Shown piece after piece: positions 44,716 to 54,760 of a stretch of 64,000 nucleotides of DNA. Source of the DNA: an uncultured bacterium. Lineage in GTDB: Bacteria > Eisenbacteria > RBG-16-71-46 > CAIMUX01 > WJJG01. The translations under genes were made by a program, and so were the position numbers. The notes under the pieces are model-generated. The model was not told the DNA's origin and did not search any database. It saw nothing but the letters and a program-made list of their open reading frames with translations. The stretch is taken from positions 7,724-71,723 of the forward strand of contig CAZPGB010000006.1 in the NCBI GenBank assembly GCA_964585945.1, written 5' to 3'. The stretch's first letter is position 1. Every line of letters starts with the position of its first letter.

Positions 44716-46623
44716 CTAGGAGAGACTGCGCGCGCGAATCTCTGCCTGCATCTTGGCCAAGAACGCATCGACCGGCGAGGGCCCGTGCACCTGGTTGTCG
44801 CGGGTGCGCACGTTGACCGCCCCGGCCTCGATCTCCTTGTCGCCGACCACGAGGATGTAGTTGACCTGATCGAGCTGGGCCTGTCGCACGCGCTTGCCCA
44901 GCGATTCGTTGCGCGCGTCGACCTCCACGCGGATGCCGCCCGCCGCCAGCTTCCCGCGCACCTGCTGCGCATACTCGGCGTGGGCGGCGGTGACCGGCAC
45001 CAGGCGGGCCTGCACCGGCGCGATCCAGAGCGGCAGCTTGCCCGCGGTGTGCTCGATCAGGACGCCGATGAACCGCTCCAGGCTCCCCAGGATGGCCCGG
45101 TGGAGCATCACCGGCCGGTGCGACTGGCCGTCGGCGCCCTCGTAGGTCAGATCGAAGCGTTCGGGCATCGAGAAGTCGACCTGCACCGTGCCGCACTGCC
45201 AGCGCCGCTTCAAGCAGTCGCGGATGTCGAAGTCGATCTTGGGTCCGTAGAAGGCCCCCTCGCCCTCGGCCACCACGTAGGTGAGTCCCAACCGGTCCAG
45301 CCCCACGCGCAGCGCCTCGGTGGCCAGGTCCCAGATCTCCTGGTCACCCAGGTACTCCGCGGGCTGCGTGGAGAGCTTGATCTCCGGATCGGGGAAGCCG
45401 AAGGTCCGGTAGACGTCGATGCAGAACTCGATCAGCTTGACCACCTCGTCGTTGAGCTGCTCGCGGGTGCAGAAGACGTGGGCGTCGTCCTGGGTGAAGG
45501 CGCGCACGCGGAAGAGTCCGTGCAACACGCCGGAGAGCTCGTTGCGGTGTACAAGTCCCAGCTCGGCCTGCCGAATGGGAAGGTCGCGGTAGGAGTGGAG
45601 GCGGCTCTTGTAGATCAGCAGCCCGCCGGGGCAGTTCATCGGCTTGACCGCGTGCGGCTTCTCGTCGATGTCGACGAAGTACATGTCCTCCCGGTAGTGG
45701 TCCCAGTGACCGCTGCGCAGCCACAGTTCCTGATTCAGGATGATGGGCGTGCGCACCTCGACATAGCCTCGGCGCCGGCATTCCTCGATGATGTAGCGTG
45801 AAAGCTCACTGAAGATGATGGTGCCCTTGTCGTGCCAGAACGGGAATCCCTGGCCTTCCTCGTGAAAGGAGAACAGGTCCAGGTTCTTGCCGATCAACCG
45901 GTGGTCGCGCTTCTTGGCCTCCTCGATCATGCGCAGGTGCTCGCGAAGCTGTTTGGGGTCGCCGAAGCTGATCCCGTAGATCCGCTGGAGCATCTGCTTC
46001 TCGGCGTCGGCCCGCCAGTAGGCGCCGGCGACTTTCAGCAGCTTGAACGCCTTGATGCGGTTCATGTCGGGGACGTGCGGACCCCGGCACAGGTCGATGA
46101 AACCCTCGCCCTGTCGGTAGGCGCTGATCGTCTCGTCGGCGGGCATCTCGGAGATCATCTCGACCTTGTACGGGTTGTCCTTGAAGACCTCCAGCGCTTC
46201 TTCGCGCGACAGCTCGACGCGCTTCAAGGGCCGTCCCTCGGAGACGATCTCGGCCATGCGCTGCTCGATGCGCTCGAGGTCCTCCGGACTGAAGGGCTCG
46301 TGATCGAAGTCGTAGTAGAACCCCTCCTCGACGACCGGGCCGATGGTGGGCTTGGCGTCGGGAAAGAGACTGGTCACCGCTTCGGCCATCAGGTGGGCCG
46401 AGCTGTGACGGAAGACATCCAGCCCCTCGGGGTCGTCAGGGGTCAGAATCCGCACCCGGCAGTCGGCGTCCACCGGGTGGCTCAGGTCGCGCATTTGACC
46501 ATCCACCTCGGCCGCCACGGCCCGCTTGGCCAGCTTCTTCGAGATTCGCTCGGCGATCTGGGTGAGGCTGCTGCCCGCCTCGACCTCGAGCACCTGCTCG
46601 TCGGGTAGGGTCACCTTGACCAT
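44716..46623 (-). CDS. thrS: threonine--tRNA ligase
   Basis: TGS N-terminal domain (MVKVTLPDEQVLEVEAGSSL). Class II motifs (FRVRAFTQDDAHVFC, HRAILGSLERFIGVLIEH). Anticodon-binding C-terminus. ATG at 46623 with a GAGGA RBS; GTG at 46638 is the alternative. Confidence 0.9.
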   Translation of the reverse strand: MVKVTLPDEQVLEVEAGSSLTQIAERISKKLAKRAVAAEVDGQMRDLSHPVDADCRVRILTPDDPEGLDVFRHSSAHLMAEAVTSLFPDAKPTIGPVVEEGFYYDFDHEPFSPEDLERIEQRMAEIVSEGRPLKRVELSREEALEVFKDNPYKVEMISEMPADETISAYRQGEGFIDLCRGPHVPDMNRIKAFKLLKVAGAYWRADAEKQMLQRIYGISFGDPKQLREHLRMIEEAKKRDHRLIGKNLDLFSFHEEGQGFPFWHDKGTIIFSELSRYIIEECRRRGYVEVRTPIILNQELWLRSGHWDHYREDMYFVDIDEKPHAVKPMNCPGGLLIYKSRLHSYRDLPIRQAELGLVHRNELSGVLHGLFRVRAFTQDDAHVFCTREQLNDEVVKLIEFCIDVYRTFGFPDPEIKLSTQPAEYLGDQEIWDLATEALRVGLDRLGLTYVVAEGEGAFYGPKIDFDIRDCLKRRWQCGTVQVDFSMPERFDLTYEGADGQSHRPVMLHRAILGSLERFIGVLIEHTAGKLPLWIAPVQARLVPVTAAHAEYAQQVRGKLAAGGIRVEVDARNESLGKRVRQAQLDQVNYILVVGDKEIEAGAVNVRTRDNQVHGPSPVDAFLAKMQAEIRARSLS

Positions 46624-46738
46624 GATTCGAATCCTCACGCGTTACGTGAATCGGTCCGTGAGAAGGGCGGGGCTGCGGCCGGCCCCCCACGCTCCCCTCG
46701 GACCGATGCGGCTTGCGAGCATCTGTCCCGGTGCCGGA

Positions 46739-48319
46739 TCAGGGTTCGTTTTCCAGACCCGTCCCCACCGTGCGGAAACCGATGTTGTTGTCGCTGCTGT
46801 CCGGGAAGGCCGCCTGGCGCCAGAACGTCTGGCAGGCGATCGGCGTCGAGCGCCAGCCGCCGCCCTTGACGACCTTCATGCCCATGTTCGCGCCGCCGTG
46901 ATACGGTATGGCGGTGTCCTGGCACCACTCGGCCACATTGCCCGCCAGATCGTAGGCTCCATAGATGGAGCTGCCGTCCTCGGTCGCGTAGCCCCCGCGG
47001 TTGCGGCCGTCGTAGAATCCGCCCTCGGTCGTGCTGACTCCGACGCGCACGTCGAAGGGATCGCCGCTGCCGCTGTAGTTGTAGCGACGCGGATCGGAGT
47101 CGCTGCCCCACGGGTAGGCGGTGCCGAACCCCACCAGGACGCTGGTTGTATCGTCGATCACCACCAGCGTGTCCTCAACCGTACTTAGCGTGCCCCGCGC
47201 GGCTTTTTCCCACTCCAGCTCCGAGGGCAGCCGGCGGCCGAAGAATTCGGCGAAGGCCTTGGCCCCGTGCCAGCTCACCTCGACCACCGGATGATTCTCG
47301 CGGCCGGGCCGGGGCAGGAAGGCCCCGTTCTCGCCCTGGTTGGGGTCGTAGGTCAGACCGGCGTGCTCATCGCCGTCGGGGTAGACCTTGGCGTAGAGGA
47401 TGGCCTCGGGATTGTTCGTGACCACCAGTCCGTTCTCGACGATCACCCAGCGACCGTCGATCCGCTCCTGGAGAAACTGGGCGAAGAGCTGGTTGGAGAC
47501 CTCGAATCTGTCCATGTTGAAGTCGTCGACCCAGGCCACGCGGTCTTCGGGACAGTAGGTGTGGGGATCCTCCGGATAGAGCAGCCCGCAGTTGCCCCGC
47601 ACGAAATAGCCGGCCGGCACATCGATGTGCTCCACGCGCATACCGAAGCTGAAGGTGGGTGAGAGCGTGGTGGCGCCGTAATCATCGTAGGCGGCCACGC
47701 GCCAGTAGTAGAAGCGGGTGAACTCGGGCGTGGTGACCAGCCGGTAGGTGGAGCTGTCGGCGGTGGCGACCAGGTTCTCCTCCAGCGTGACCCGGGAATC
47801 GCTGTAGTGCACGCGGAAGTGGACCGGGTCGCCGTCGGGGTCGCTGGCCGACCAGGCCAGGCGCGTGACCGACATCAGGCCGAGCGAGCCGGTCTCGGGC
47901 TGGATCGCCCCGGGCTCCAGGTCGAAGATGGGCGGCTCGTTTTGCTCGGCCACACCCCAGACCGGCTCGGTGAGGTCGCCCGGGCGGCCGATCTGGTCGA
48001 AGCCCCGGACGCGGTAGTAGTACCGCTCGCCGGCTTCGACGGCGGTGTCGGTGAAGCCGGCGGCGTCGATGTCGAGCGTGTCGATCGGCGTGTAGCCGTC
48101 GTCCATCCGCAACGAGCGGAGCACCTCGTAGCCGGCCTCCGTGGTGGCCTGGTCAGTCCAGCTCAGGCGGAGCGAGTCGGGGGTGGTCATCGAGACGTGG
48201 ACCCAGGCCGGGGCGGTGGGGCCGGGGACGGTGACGCCCTCCACTTGGGTGTCGTCACTGCAGCCGGCGACAAGAAGCACCACGGCCGGCAGAGCGGCCA
48301 GCCATCCTGCGCGCGTCAT
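46739..48319 (-). CDS. lipoprotein with tandem FN3-like domains and C-terminal FGE-sulfatase (SUMF1/formylglycine-generating enzyme-like) domain
   Basis: Lipobox LVAGCS. FN3-like segments (SLRLSWTD...YYYRV; RLAWSASDPDGD...YYWRV). FGE-sulfatase motifs HPVVEVSWHGAKAFAEFFG, LPSELEWEKAARG, GNVAEWCQD, GGGWRS. Confidence 0.8.
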   Translation of the reverse strand: MTRAGWLAALPAVVLLVAGCSDDTQVEGVTVPGPTAPAWVHVSMTTPDSLRLSWTDQATTEAGYEVLRSLRMDDGYTPIDTLDIDAAGFTDTAVEAGERYYYRVRGFDQIGRPGDLTEPVWGVAEQNEPPIFDLEPGAIQPETGSLGLMSVTRLAWSASDPDGDPVHFRVHYSDSRVTLEENLVATADSSTYRLVTTPEFTRFYYWRVAAYDDYGATTLSPTFSFGMRVEHIDVPAGYFVRGNCGLLYPEDPHTYCPEDRVAWVDDFNMDRFEVSNQLFAQFLQERIDGRWVIVENGLVVTNNPEAILYAKVYPDGDEHAGLTYDPNQGENGAFLPRPGRENHPVVEVSWHGAKAFAEFFGRRLPSELEWEKAARGTLSTVEDTLVVIDDTTSVLVGFGTAYPWGSDSDPRRYNYSGSGDPFDVRVGVSTTEGGFYDGRNRGGYATEDGSSIYGAYDLAGNVAEWCQDTAIPYHGGANMGMKVVKGGGWRSTPIACQTFWRQAAFPDSSDNNIGFRTVGTGLENEP

Positions 48320-48428
48320 AGCTCTTCCTCCGCAAGCTCATGATCGAAGTCCGACCCGCGGTAGCTGCCCGAGCGAGCCATGCCCGAACGACCCCCGCCG
48401 GCCGGTCCGCGAGGACTGACCCCCGGCA

Positions 48429-48908
48429 CTACTGTCCGTCCCCCTTGATGCAATCCAACTCCGACATCTGGGACAGCTTTTCGTTCTCCTTCATCAACGT
48501 GACGTCGAAGCTCATCTGGGGCCGCAGTTCCATGCGCGGCAGGCACGGGCTCCACAGCTCGAGATCCTTCGACTTCAGGCTCTCCCGCAGGATCAAGATC
48601 TCCGGGATGAGGTCGGGCTGCTCGGGCACGAACCAGACCAGCACGGTCCAGTCGATGTCCGGCAGGTAATCGACGTCGAGCGAGTAGGAGCCGCCGGCCT
48701 GCGATGTGGTCTCCGTCAGAAGGAAGCCCTCCTCGAACAGCTTGACCTTCACCCCGGCCAATCCTTGGCCGGAACTATCGGTGACCTTTCCCGTGAGCAC
48801 GCCGCGGGCCCTCGTCAGGCCTTCCGGGGTCGCACCCTGACCCCCGGCGCCGCCCGTCACCAACGCCATCGCCAGTATAGGCGGAATCACGAAGCGCAAG
48901 TGTCTCAC
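48429..48908 (-). CDS. small secreted protein with carboxypeptidase-regulatory-like (CarbopepD_reg) domain
   Basis: Signal peptide ILAMALVTGGAGG. GVLTGKVTDSSGQGLAGVKVKLFEEG motif. Locally lower GC. Confidence 0.5.
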   Translation of the reverse strand: MRHLRFVIPPILAMALVTGGAGGQGATPEGLTRARGVLTGKVTDSSGQGLAGVKVKLFEEGFLLTETTSQAGGSYSLDVDYLPDIDWTVLVWFVPEQPDLIPEILILRESLKSKDLELWSPCLPRMELRPQMSFDVTLMKENEKLSQMSELDCIKGDGQ

Positions 48909-49192
48909 TTCGGTACACCTCCTTGGAGAGCCCCCGCTCCAATCTGCGGCCGCGCACGGGCGAGAGCGTACGGCGCCCGCGAAAAGTTGCCGATCAACCT
49001 AGCAACCGACCCCAAGACCGTCAAGGCCAAAGAAACTCTGGACTTCTGAGCGAAACGCTTGCGCGATTTCGGGCCGTTTGCTACGTTGCCGGCGTTCAAC
49101 AGCCGAGCACAGGAGCCTATCTCGCCGATCGGCTCAAGTCTATGCCTTTCCCCTGCCTGTGGACAGGGATGTCCCGAGAGGGCCAGAAGCCC

Positions 49193-50227
49193 ATGTTCCT
49201 TTCGAAGCTCATCGGCTACATGACGAACGACGTGGCGATCGACCTCGGCACCGCGAACACCCTGGTGTATGTCAAAGGGCGGGGGATCGTCCTCAACGAA
49301 CCCTCCGTGGTGGCCGTCGAGAAGGCCACGCGCAAGGTCCTCGCCGTGGGGATGGAGGCCAAGGAGATGCTTGGCCGTACCCCCCAGGCGATCGAGGCGG
49401 TGCGTCCGATGAAGGACGGCGTCATCGCCGACTTCGAAATGACCGAGGAGCTCCTGCGCAAGCTGATCTCCAAGGTCCAGAAGCATCGCTTCATTGTTCA
49501 CCCCCGCATCATCGTCAGTGTTCCCTCCGGGATCACCGAAGTCGAGAAGCGAGCGGTGCGCGACTCGGCCGAGCGGGCCGGCGCCCGGGAGGTCTTCCTG
49601 GTGGCCGAGCCGATCGCGGCGGCCATCGGCGTCGGCCTGCCGGTGGAAAAGCCCCTGGGCAACATGGTGATCGACATCGGCGGCGGCACGACCGAGATCG
49701 CGGTGATGACCCTCAACGGCATCGTGCACGACACCAGTCTGCGGGTGGCGGGTGACAAGATGGACGAGGCGATCCAGCAGTATGTGAAACGCGCGTACAA
49801 CCTGCTGATCGGCGACCGGACGGCCGAGCGGATCAAGATGGAGATCGGCTCCGCGTTTCCGCTGGAAGAGGAGCTGGAGCTGGAGATCAAGGGGCGCGAT
49901 CTGATCGGCGGGATCCCCAAGACGATCAAGGTGACCTCGGTCGAGATTCGCGAGGCCCTGCAAGAGCCAATCAGCGCCATCGTGGAGGGACTGAAGCAGT
50001 CCCTGGAGCAGACCCCGCCCGAGCTGGCATCGGACATCGTCGATCGCGGCATCGTGATGACCGGGGGCGGCGCGCTTCTGCGTGGGCTCGACATGCTGCT
50101 GCGCGAGGCTACCAACCTCCCGATCACCGTGGCCGAGGACTCCCTGCTCTGCGTCGTGCTGGGGTGCGGGAAGATCCTCGACAACATCGAGGCCTACGAA
50201 AAGGTGCTCATGAAGAGCAACGCCTGA
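49193..50227 (+). CDS. mreB: rod shape-determining protein MreB
   Basis: Actin-like ATPase motifs IDLGTANTLVY, DIGGGTTEIAV, GIVMTGGGALL. Start taken at ATG 49193; ATG 49169 is the alternative. Confidence 0.9.
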   Translation: MFLSKLIGYMTNDVAIDLGTANTLVYVKGRGIVLNEPSVVAVEKATRKVLAVGMEAKEMLGRTPQAIEAVRPMKDGVIADFEMTEELLRKLISKVQKHRFIVHPRIIVSVPSGITEVEKRAVRDSAERAGAREVFLVAEPIAAAIGVGLPVEKPLGNMVIDIGGGTTEIAVMTLNGIVHDTSLRVAGDKMDEAIQQYVKRAYNLLIGDRTAERIKMEIGSAFPLEEELELEIKGRDLIGGIPKTIKVTSVEIREALQEPISAIVEGLKQSLEQTPPELASDIVDRGIVMTGGGALLRGLDMLLREATNLPITVAEDSLLCVVLGCGKILDNIEAYEKVLMKSNA

Positions 50228-50251
50228 TCCAACGCCTGCGGAGTCGAATCG

Positions 50252-51073
50252 ATGAAGCGCAAGAGTGCCGCCTACCCCGGGATCGGCGACTGGGTGGCGC
50301 TGGTCGCGGCTGCGCTGCTCTCGATCGCGCTGCTCCTGGGCGGCACGTCGACGCGCTACCGCGTGGCCGAGCTGCTGCGCTCTTCGGTGCTCTACCCCTT
50401 CCGTCTGGTCAGCTCCTACGCCGCGCAGCCGGTCGACCCCGAGCGCGAGCTGACCCGGTTGCGGCGGCAGCTCGCCCGCAACCGGATCGACGCCGCGGCC
50501 CAGCGGGCGGCGCTGCGGGAGAACGAGCGGCTGCGCCGGCTGCTCGACTTCGTGGAAGGCCGGGAGCACCGGCTGCTGCCCGCGCTGGTGGTCGGGCGCA
50601 GCGCCGACCGGTTCGGCGAGGTGCTGACCCTGGGGCGCGGACGCGAGGACGGCGTCTTCGCCGGACAGACGGTGATCGGAATCGAAGGGCTGGTCGGCGT
50701 CGTGACGGGCACCGAGGGCGGGGAGTGCTGGGCCCGCACGCTGCGGCACGGCGCGGTGCCGGTCAGTGGTCTGCTCACCGCGACGCGCTACGTCGGACTG
50801 CTGCGCTGGAGCCCCGAGCGCCAGCTCCTGCGCTTCGAGGGGATCCCCGTGCACCACGACCTGCAGGTGGGCGAGGAGGTGGAGACCTCCGGCCACGGAC
50901 GGATCTTTCCCAAGGGGATCCCGGTGGGAACAGTGGTGTCGGTCGCCGACGACCGCACCGGACTGCTGAAGGAGATCTACGTGCGACCCCATGTGGATCT
51001 GGACCGCATCGAGGAGGTCTTCCTGCAGGTGCCCGCACCCCCCGATTCGTCGGCGACGGCCACGGAAGGATAG
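50252..51073 (+). CDS. mreC: rod shape-determining protein MreC
   Basis: N-terminal TM, coiled-coil (LTRLRRQLARNRIDAAAQRAALRENERLRRLL), beta-domain GQTVIGIEGLVGVVT...GIPVGTVVSV. Confidence 0.85.
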   Translation: MKRKSAAYPGIGDWVALVAAALLSIALLLGGTSTRYRVAELLRSSVLYPFRLVSSYAAQPVDPERELTRLRRQLARNRIDAAAQRAALRENERLRRLLDFVEGREHRLLPALVVGRSADRFGEVLTLGRGREDGVFAGQTVIGIEGLVGVVTGTEGGECWARTLRHGAVPVSGLLTATRYVGLLRWSPERQLLRFEGIPVHHDLQVGEEVETSGHGRIFPKGIPVGTVVSVADDRTGLLKEIYVRPHVDLDRIEEVFLQVPAPPDSSATATEG

Positions 51074-51082
51074 GAAGAGGAC

Positions 51083-51577
51083 GTGTTCTATCTGCGCTAT
51101 CTGGTGCTCACCTTCGTCGTGCTGCTGCTCGATGCCACGCTGGTCCACCGCCTGGCCATCGGGTCGGTACGGCCCGACCTGGGTCTGGCCCTGGTGGTCT
51201 ACGCGGGACTCGCCGGAGGGGGGCGCGGCGGCACCCTGTTCGGCTTTCTGGTGGGATTGGTGCGCGGCTGCGCGCAGCCGGAGTGGCTGGGTGTCGACGC
51301 GCTGCTGTTCAGTCTGGTGGGGTTCGGGGCCGCCTACACCTCCCCGATGGTGAACCGTGAGCATCCGCTGGTGCAGGCGGGCCTCATCGCGCTGCTGCTC
51401 ATGGGCCACGATCTGCTCCGGGCGTTGATCGTCACGTCGGCGTCGCTGCCGCGCACGCTTCTGCTCTGGCTCAGCGTGTCGCCGGCGGCCGCCCTCTACA
51501 CGGGGCTGCTTGTGCCGCTGGCAGTGGCGCTGCTGCCGCGCGTGCTGATGGGGGACTCGCGGCGTGCCCTTTCCTGA
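51083..51577 (+). CDS. mreD: rod shape-determining protein MreD
   Basis: Small polytopic membrane protein immediately after mreC. GTG start. Confidence 0.75.
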   Translation: MFYLRYLVLTFVVLLLDATLVHRLAIGSVRPDLGLALVVYAGLAGGGRGGTLFGFLVGLVRGCAQPEWLGVDALLFSLVGFGAAYTSPMVNREHPLVQAGLIALLLMGHDLLRALIVTSASLPRTLLLWLSVSPAAALYTGLLVPLAVALLPRVLMGDSRRALS

Positions 51578-53450
51578 GAACCTCCGCGAGCGGCGCCGGC
51601 GGGCCTGGATCTACGGCGCCCTGGTGGCCGCCGTGCTGCTGCTCCTGACGGTCCGGCTCTTCCACTTGCAGATCGTCCGGGGCGAGAGCTATGTGGAGCT
51701 GGCCCGCGAGAACATGGTGCGCAGCGAGCCGATCCCCGCCCTGCGGGGCTGCATCTACGACCGCCACGGACGGCTGCTGGCGGGCAACCGGGCCAGCTTC
51801 AATCTCAGCCTCGAGGCGGGCCACCCCTTCTACGCGGACCGCGACCATCTGCGCTCGGCGGTGGCGGAGGCGGCCCGCATCCTCGGCCGCGACCCCGCCG
51901 AGCTGGAGCAGCGCGCCTTGCGCTACCGCACGATGTTCGAGCCGCTGCTGCTGGCGCGCGATCTCGATCAAGCCCTGTTGGCGCCCTTCGTCGAGCGCCT
52001 GCATCCGATCGCCGGGATCACGATCGACCAAGTGCCCCTGCGATGGAACCCCCACGGCGCTCTGGCGGCGCACGCCCTGGGCCACGTTGGCGAGATCAGC
52101 GAGGAGGAGCTGCAGGAAGCCGAGAAGGGGGTCTACCGTCGCGGCCAGCTCGTGGGCCGCTCGGGGCTCGAGCGCCAGTACGAGACGCTGCTGCGGGGCT
52201 TGGACGGGGAGACCTACGTGAAGGTCGATGCGCTGGGACGCAAGATCGACCTGTTCCCCGATCTGCCCCCCTCGGAGCCGCGTCCCGGGGCCGACCTGCA
52301 CCTGACCTTGGACGCCCGCCTTCAGCGCGTGGCCGAGGTGGCCCTCCAGCAGGCCCCGCGCGAGAGCGGCGCCGATGAGGCCCTGCGCGGGGCGGTGGTG
52401 GCCCTGGATCCCCTGACGGGCGAACTGCTGGTGTGCGCCAGCGCGCCGACGTTCGATCCCAACGCTTTCGCGCACGGGTTGACCACCGAGCAGTGGGCCG
52501 CTCTCAACGTGGCCGCGCACCCGTTGCTCAATCGCGTGACGCAAGCGGGCTATCCGCCGGGGTCGATCTTCAAGATCGCCACCACGCTGGCCGGCCTCGA
52601 CGGGCAGGTGATCACCCCCGACACCGCGCTCGGTCCTTGCTACGGCAGCTACACGTTCGGCAACCGGTCCTTCCGCTGCTGGAAGGCGGAGGGGCACGGT
52701 CGGGTCCGCCTGCTCCAGGCCTTCGCGCAGTCCTGCGACGTCTACTACTACCAGGTGGCGCGCGGCCTGGGCATGCGCCGGCTGCTCGCCTACCTGGACG
52801 CGCTGGAGCTGGATGTCACCACGGGGGTCGACCTGCCGCAGGAGCGCGAGGGTCTGGTGCCCACCATGGAGTGGTACCGGCGGCGGCTGGGGACCGAGCC
52901 GCCCGAGGGCAACGCCCTCAACCTGGGAATCGGCCAGGGCGAGATCATCCTCACGCCGTTGCAGCTCGCCAGCTTCGTGGCCGCGGTGGTGACCGACGGG
53001 CAGATGCGTCGCCCGCACGTGGCCCGCCGCGCGGTGGGAGCCGGGGGCGAGGTGGTCTGGGACTACGGTCCGCCCCAGATGGTGCACGACCTGGAGCTCT
53101 CCGCCGAGCGCCGCGATCTCGTCCGCGGGCTGATGGAGGAAGCCGTGGAAGGGGAGCGGGGCACCGGGGCGCGGGCGCGCGTGAGCGGCTGGCGCGTCGG
53201 GGGCAAGACCGGCACCGCCCAGAACCCGCACGGTGAGGACCACGCCCTGTTCGTCGGGGTGGCGCCCATCGACCGGCCCGGCATCGTCGTGCTGGTGGTG
53301 ATCGAGGAGTCGGGTCACGGCGGAACAGTCGCCGCGCCGGTGGCGCAGAAGGTCCTGGAGGCCTTCCTGCAGGAGGACACGCCGCCCATGACCGGCGGCA
53401 CGGCCCCCGTGAGCCGGCGGCCGTCCGAGACGCGGGGGGTGCCCGGATGA
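51564..53450 (+). CDS. mrdA: penicillin-binding protein 2 (peptidoglycan D,D-transpeptidase MrdA)
   Basis: N-terminal TM. PBP dimerisation domain. Transpeptidase motifs PGSIFK (SxxK), SCDVYYY, KTGTA. The GTG start overlaps the mreD end. Confidence 0.9.
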   Translation: MPFPENLRERRRRAWIYGALVAAVLLLLTVRLFHLQIVRGESYVELARENMVRSEPIPALRGCIYDRHGRLLAGNRASFNLSLEAGHPFYADRDHLRSAVAEAARILGRDPAELEQRALRYRTMFEPLLLARDLDQALLAPFVERLHPIAGITIDQVPLRWNPHGALAAHALGHVGEISEEELQEAEKGVYRRGQLVGRSGLERQYETLLRGLDGETYVKVDALGRKIDLFPDLPPSEPRPGADLHLTLDARLQRVAEVALQQAPRESGADEALRGAVVALDPLTGELLVCASAPTFDPNAFAHGLTTEQWAALNVAAHPLLNRVTQAGYPPGSIFKIATTLAGLDGQVITPDTALGPCYGSYTFGNRSFRCWKAEGHGRVRLLQAFAQSCDVYYYQVARGLGMRRLLAYLDALELDVTTGVDLPQEREGLVPTMEWYRRRLGTEPPEGNALNLGIGQGEIILTPLQLASFVAAVVTDGQMRRPHVARRAVGAGGEVVWDYGPPQMVHDLELSAERRDLVRGLMEEAVEGERGTGARARVSGWRVGGKTGTAQNPHGEDHALFVGVAPIDRPGIVVLVVIEESGHGGTVAAPVAQKVLEAFLQEDTPPMTGGTAPVSRRPSETRGVPG

Positions 53451-54676
53451 GCGTGCCCGCCTCCAGGAGGCCGATCTTCTGGGACCCGTGGTTGATCGTG
53501 CCCGTGATCCTGCTGGTAATCATCGGAGCGGTCACCGTTTACTCGGCCACAGTGCTGTCGCGCAGCGGTGAGGTGGGGCTGTTCCAGCGCCATCTGGTCT
53601 CGATCGGCTTGGGGGTCTTGCTGGCCCTGGTGATGGCCTGGCTGCCCCCGCGCATCCTCGAAGACCTGGCCCCGCTGTTCTACGCCGTGGCGGTGATCCT
53701 GCTGCTGCTCGTCCTGGTGGCCGGAGAGTCCTACGGCGGAGCCCGACGCTGGCTCTCCGTGGGTCCCGCGCGGTTCCAGCCGTCGGAGCCGGCCAAGATC
53801 GCGACGATTCTGTTCCTGGGCCACTACCTGGCCCGCAAGCGGTGCGACCTGTCGCGGTTCTGGTCATTGGCGGGCGCCCTGGCGATCGCGGCGATCCCTT
53901 TCCTGTTGGTGCTGCGGGAACCGGACCTGGGCACCTCGCTGGCGTTTGTGGCCATCGGAGGGGGCATGCTCCTGTGGGCGGGTCTCTCCTGGCTCACGCT
54001 GTTCGCCTTCGTCTCGCCGCTGATCGTGGCCCTGCTCTCGCCCTGGGTGCTCTTCTGGATTCCCTTCCTGATCGCCGCGGTCGCGCTGCTGCGCCACTAC
54101 CGGGTGGGCTGGCTGTTGATCGGCTTGTACGCGCTGCTGCACATCGGCATCGCCGTCGAGACCCCCCGCTTGTGGCGCAGCCTCGAGCCCTACCAGCGGG
54201 CCCGCTTGAGCACGTTCCTGAACCCGGAGCGGGAACCGGCCGGCGCGGGGTATCAGGTGATTCAGTCGAAGATCGCCATCGGCTCGGGCTGCATGACCGG
54301 TCAGGGGTACGGGCGCGGATCGCAAAAGGCGCTGGCCTTCCTGCCGCGCCAGCACACCGATTTCATCTACTCGGTGGTGGGGGAGGAGTGGGGCTTCCTG
54401 GGGGGCGGCCTGATCCTGCTGCTCTTCGGCGTCCTGCTGTTGCGCGCGCTGGCGTTGGCGCGCCTGATCCGTTCGCGTTTCGGATCGGTGGTGGCGGTGG
54501 GCGTGGTCTCACTGCTGTTCTATCACTGCGCGATCAACGTGGCGATGACGCTGGGCATGGCCCCGGTGACCGGCCTGCCGCTGCCGTTCATGAGCTTCGG
54601 CGGTTCCTTCATGGTGACGGCCCTGGCCGCGACGGGGCTGCTGCTGGGCGTGGCCGCTCGGCGTCGCGAACGGTGA
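53447..54676 (+). CDS. rodA: rod shape-determining protein RodA (SEDS family glycosyltransferase)
   Basis: FtsW/RodA/SpoVE family. 10 TM helices. Conserved SEDS motifs (RWLSVGPARFQPSEPAK, GMAPVTGLPLPFMSFGGS). The ATG overlaps the mrdA stop. Confidence 0.9.
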   Translation: MSVPASRRPIFWDPWLIVPVILLVIIGAVTVYSATVLSRSGEVGLFQRHLVSIGLGVLLALVMAWLPPRILEDLAPLFYAVAVILLLLVLVAGESYGGARRWLSVGPARFQPSEPAKIATILFLGHYLARKRCDLSRFWSLAGALAIAAIPFLLVLREPDLGTSLAFVAIGGGMLLWAGLSWLTLFAFVSPLIVALLSPWVLFWIPFLIAAVALLRHYRVGWLLIGLYALLHIGIAVETPRLWRSLEPYQRARLSTFLNPEREPAGAGYQVIQSKIAIGSGCMTGQGYGRGSQKALAFLPRQHTDFIYSVVGEEWGFLGGGLILLLFGVLLLRALALARLIRSRFGSVVAVGVVSLLFYHCAINVAMTLGMAPVTGLPLPFMSFGGSFMVTALAATGLLLGVAARRRER

Positions 54677-54760
54677 TCCCCGGTGATGGGCTGGTGATCG
54701 CGGGCCCGCGGCAGGCGGGATCTCAGGCCGAGACGTCTCTGACCGAAGGGAGCGGGCACG

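Noticed and set aside
41261-45801. ORFs 41261..43387 (+), 43636..45801 (+) and the 1079-aa fusion ORF 41957..45196 (-)
   Set aside because: The plus-strand ORFs are antisense to the GT4 / flippase / thrS genes. The 1079-aa ORF is an upstream read-through of the GT4 gene whose true start (MHIAML, ATG 43126) is coupled to the flippase stop.
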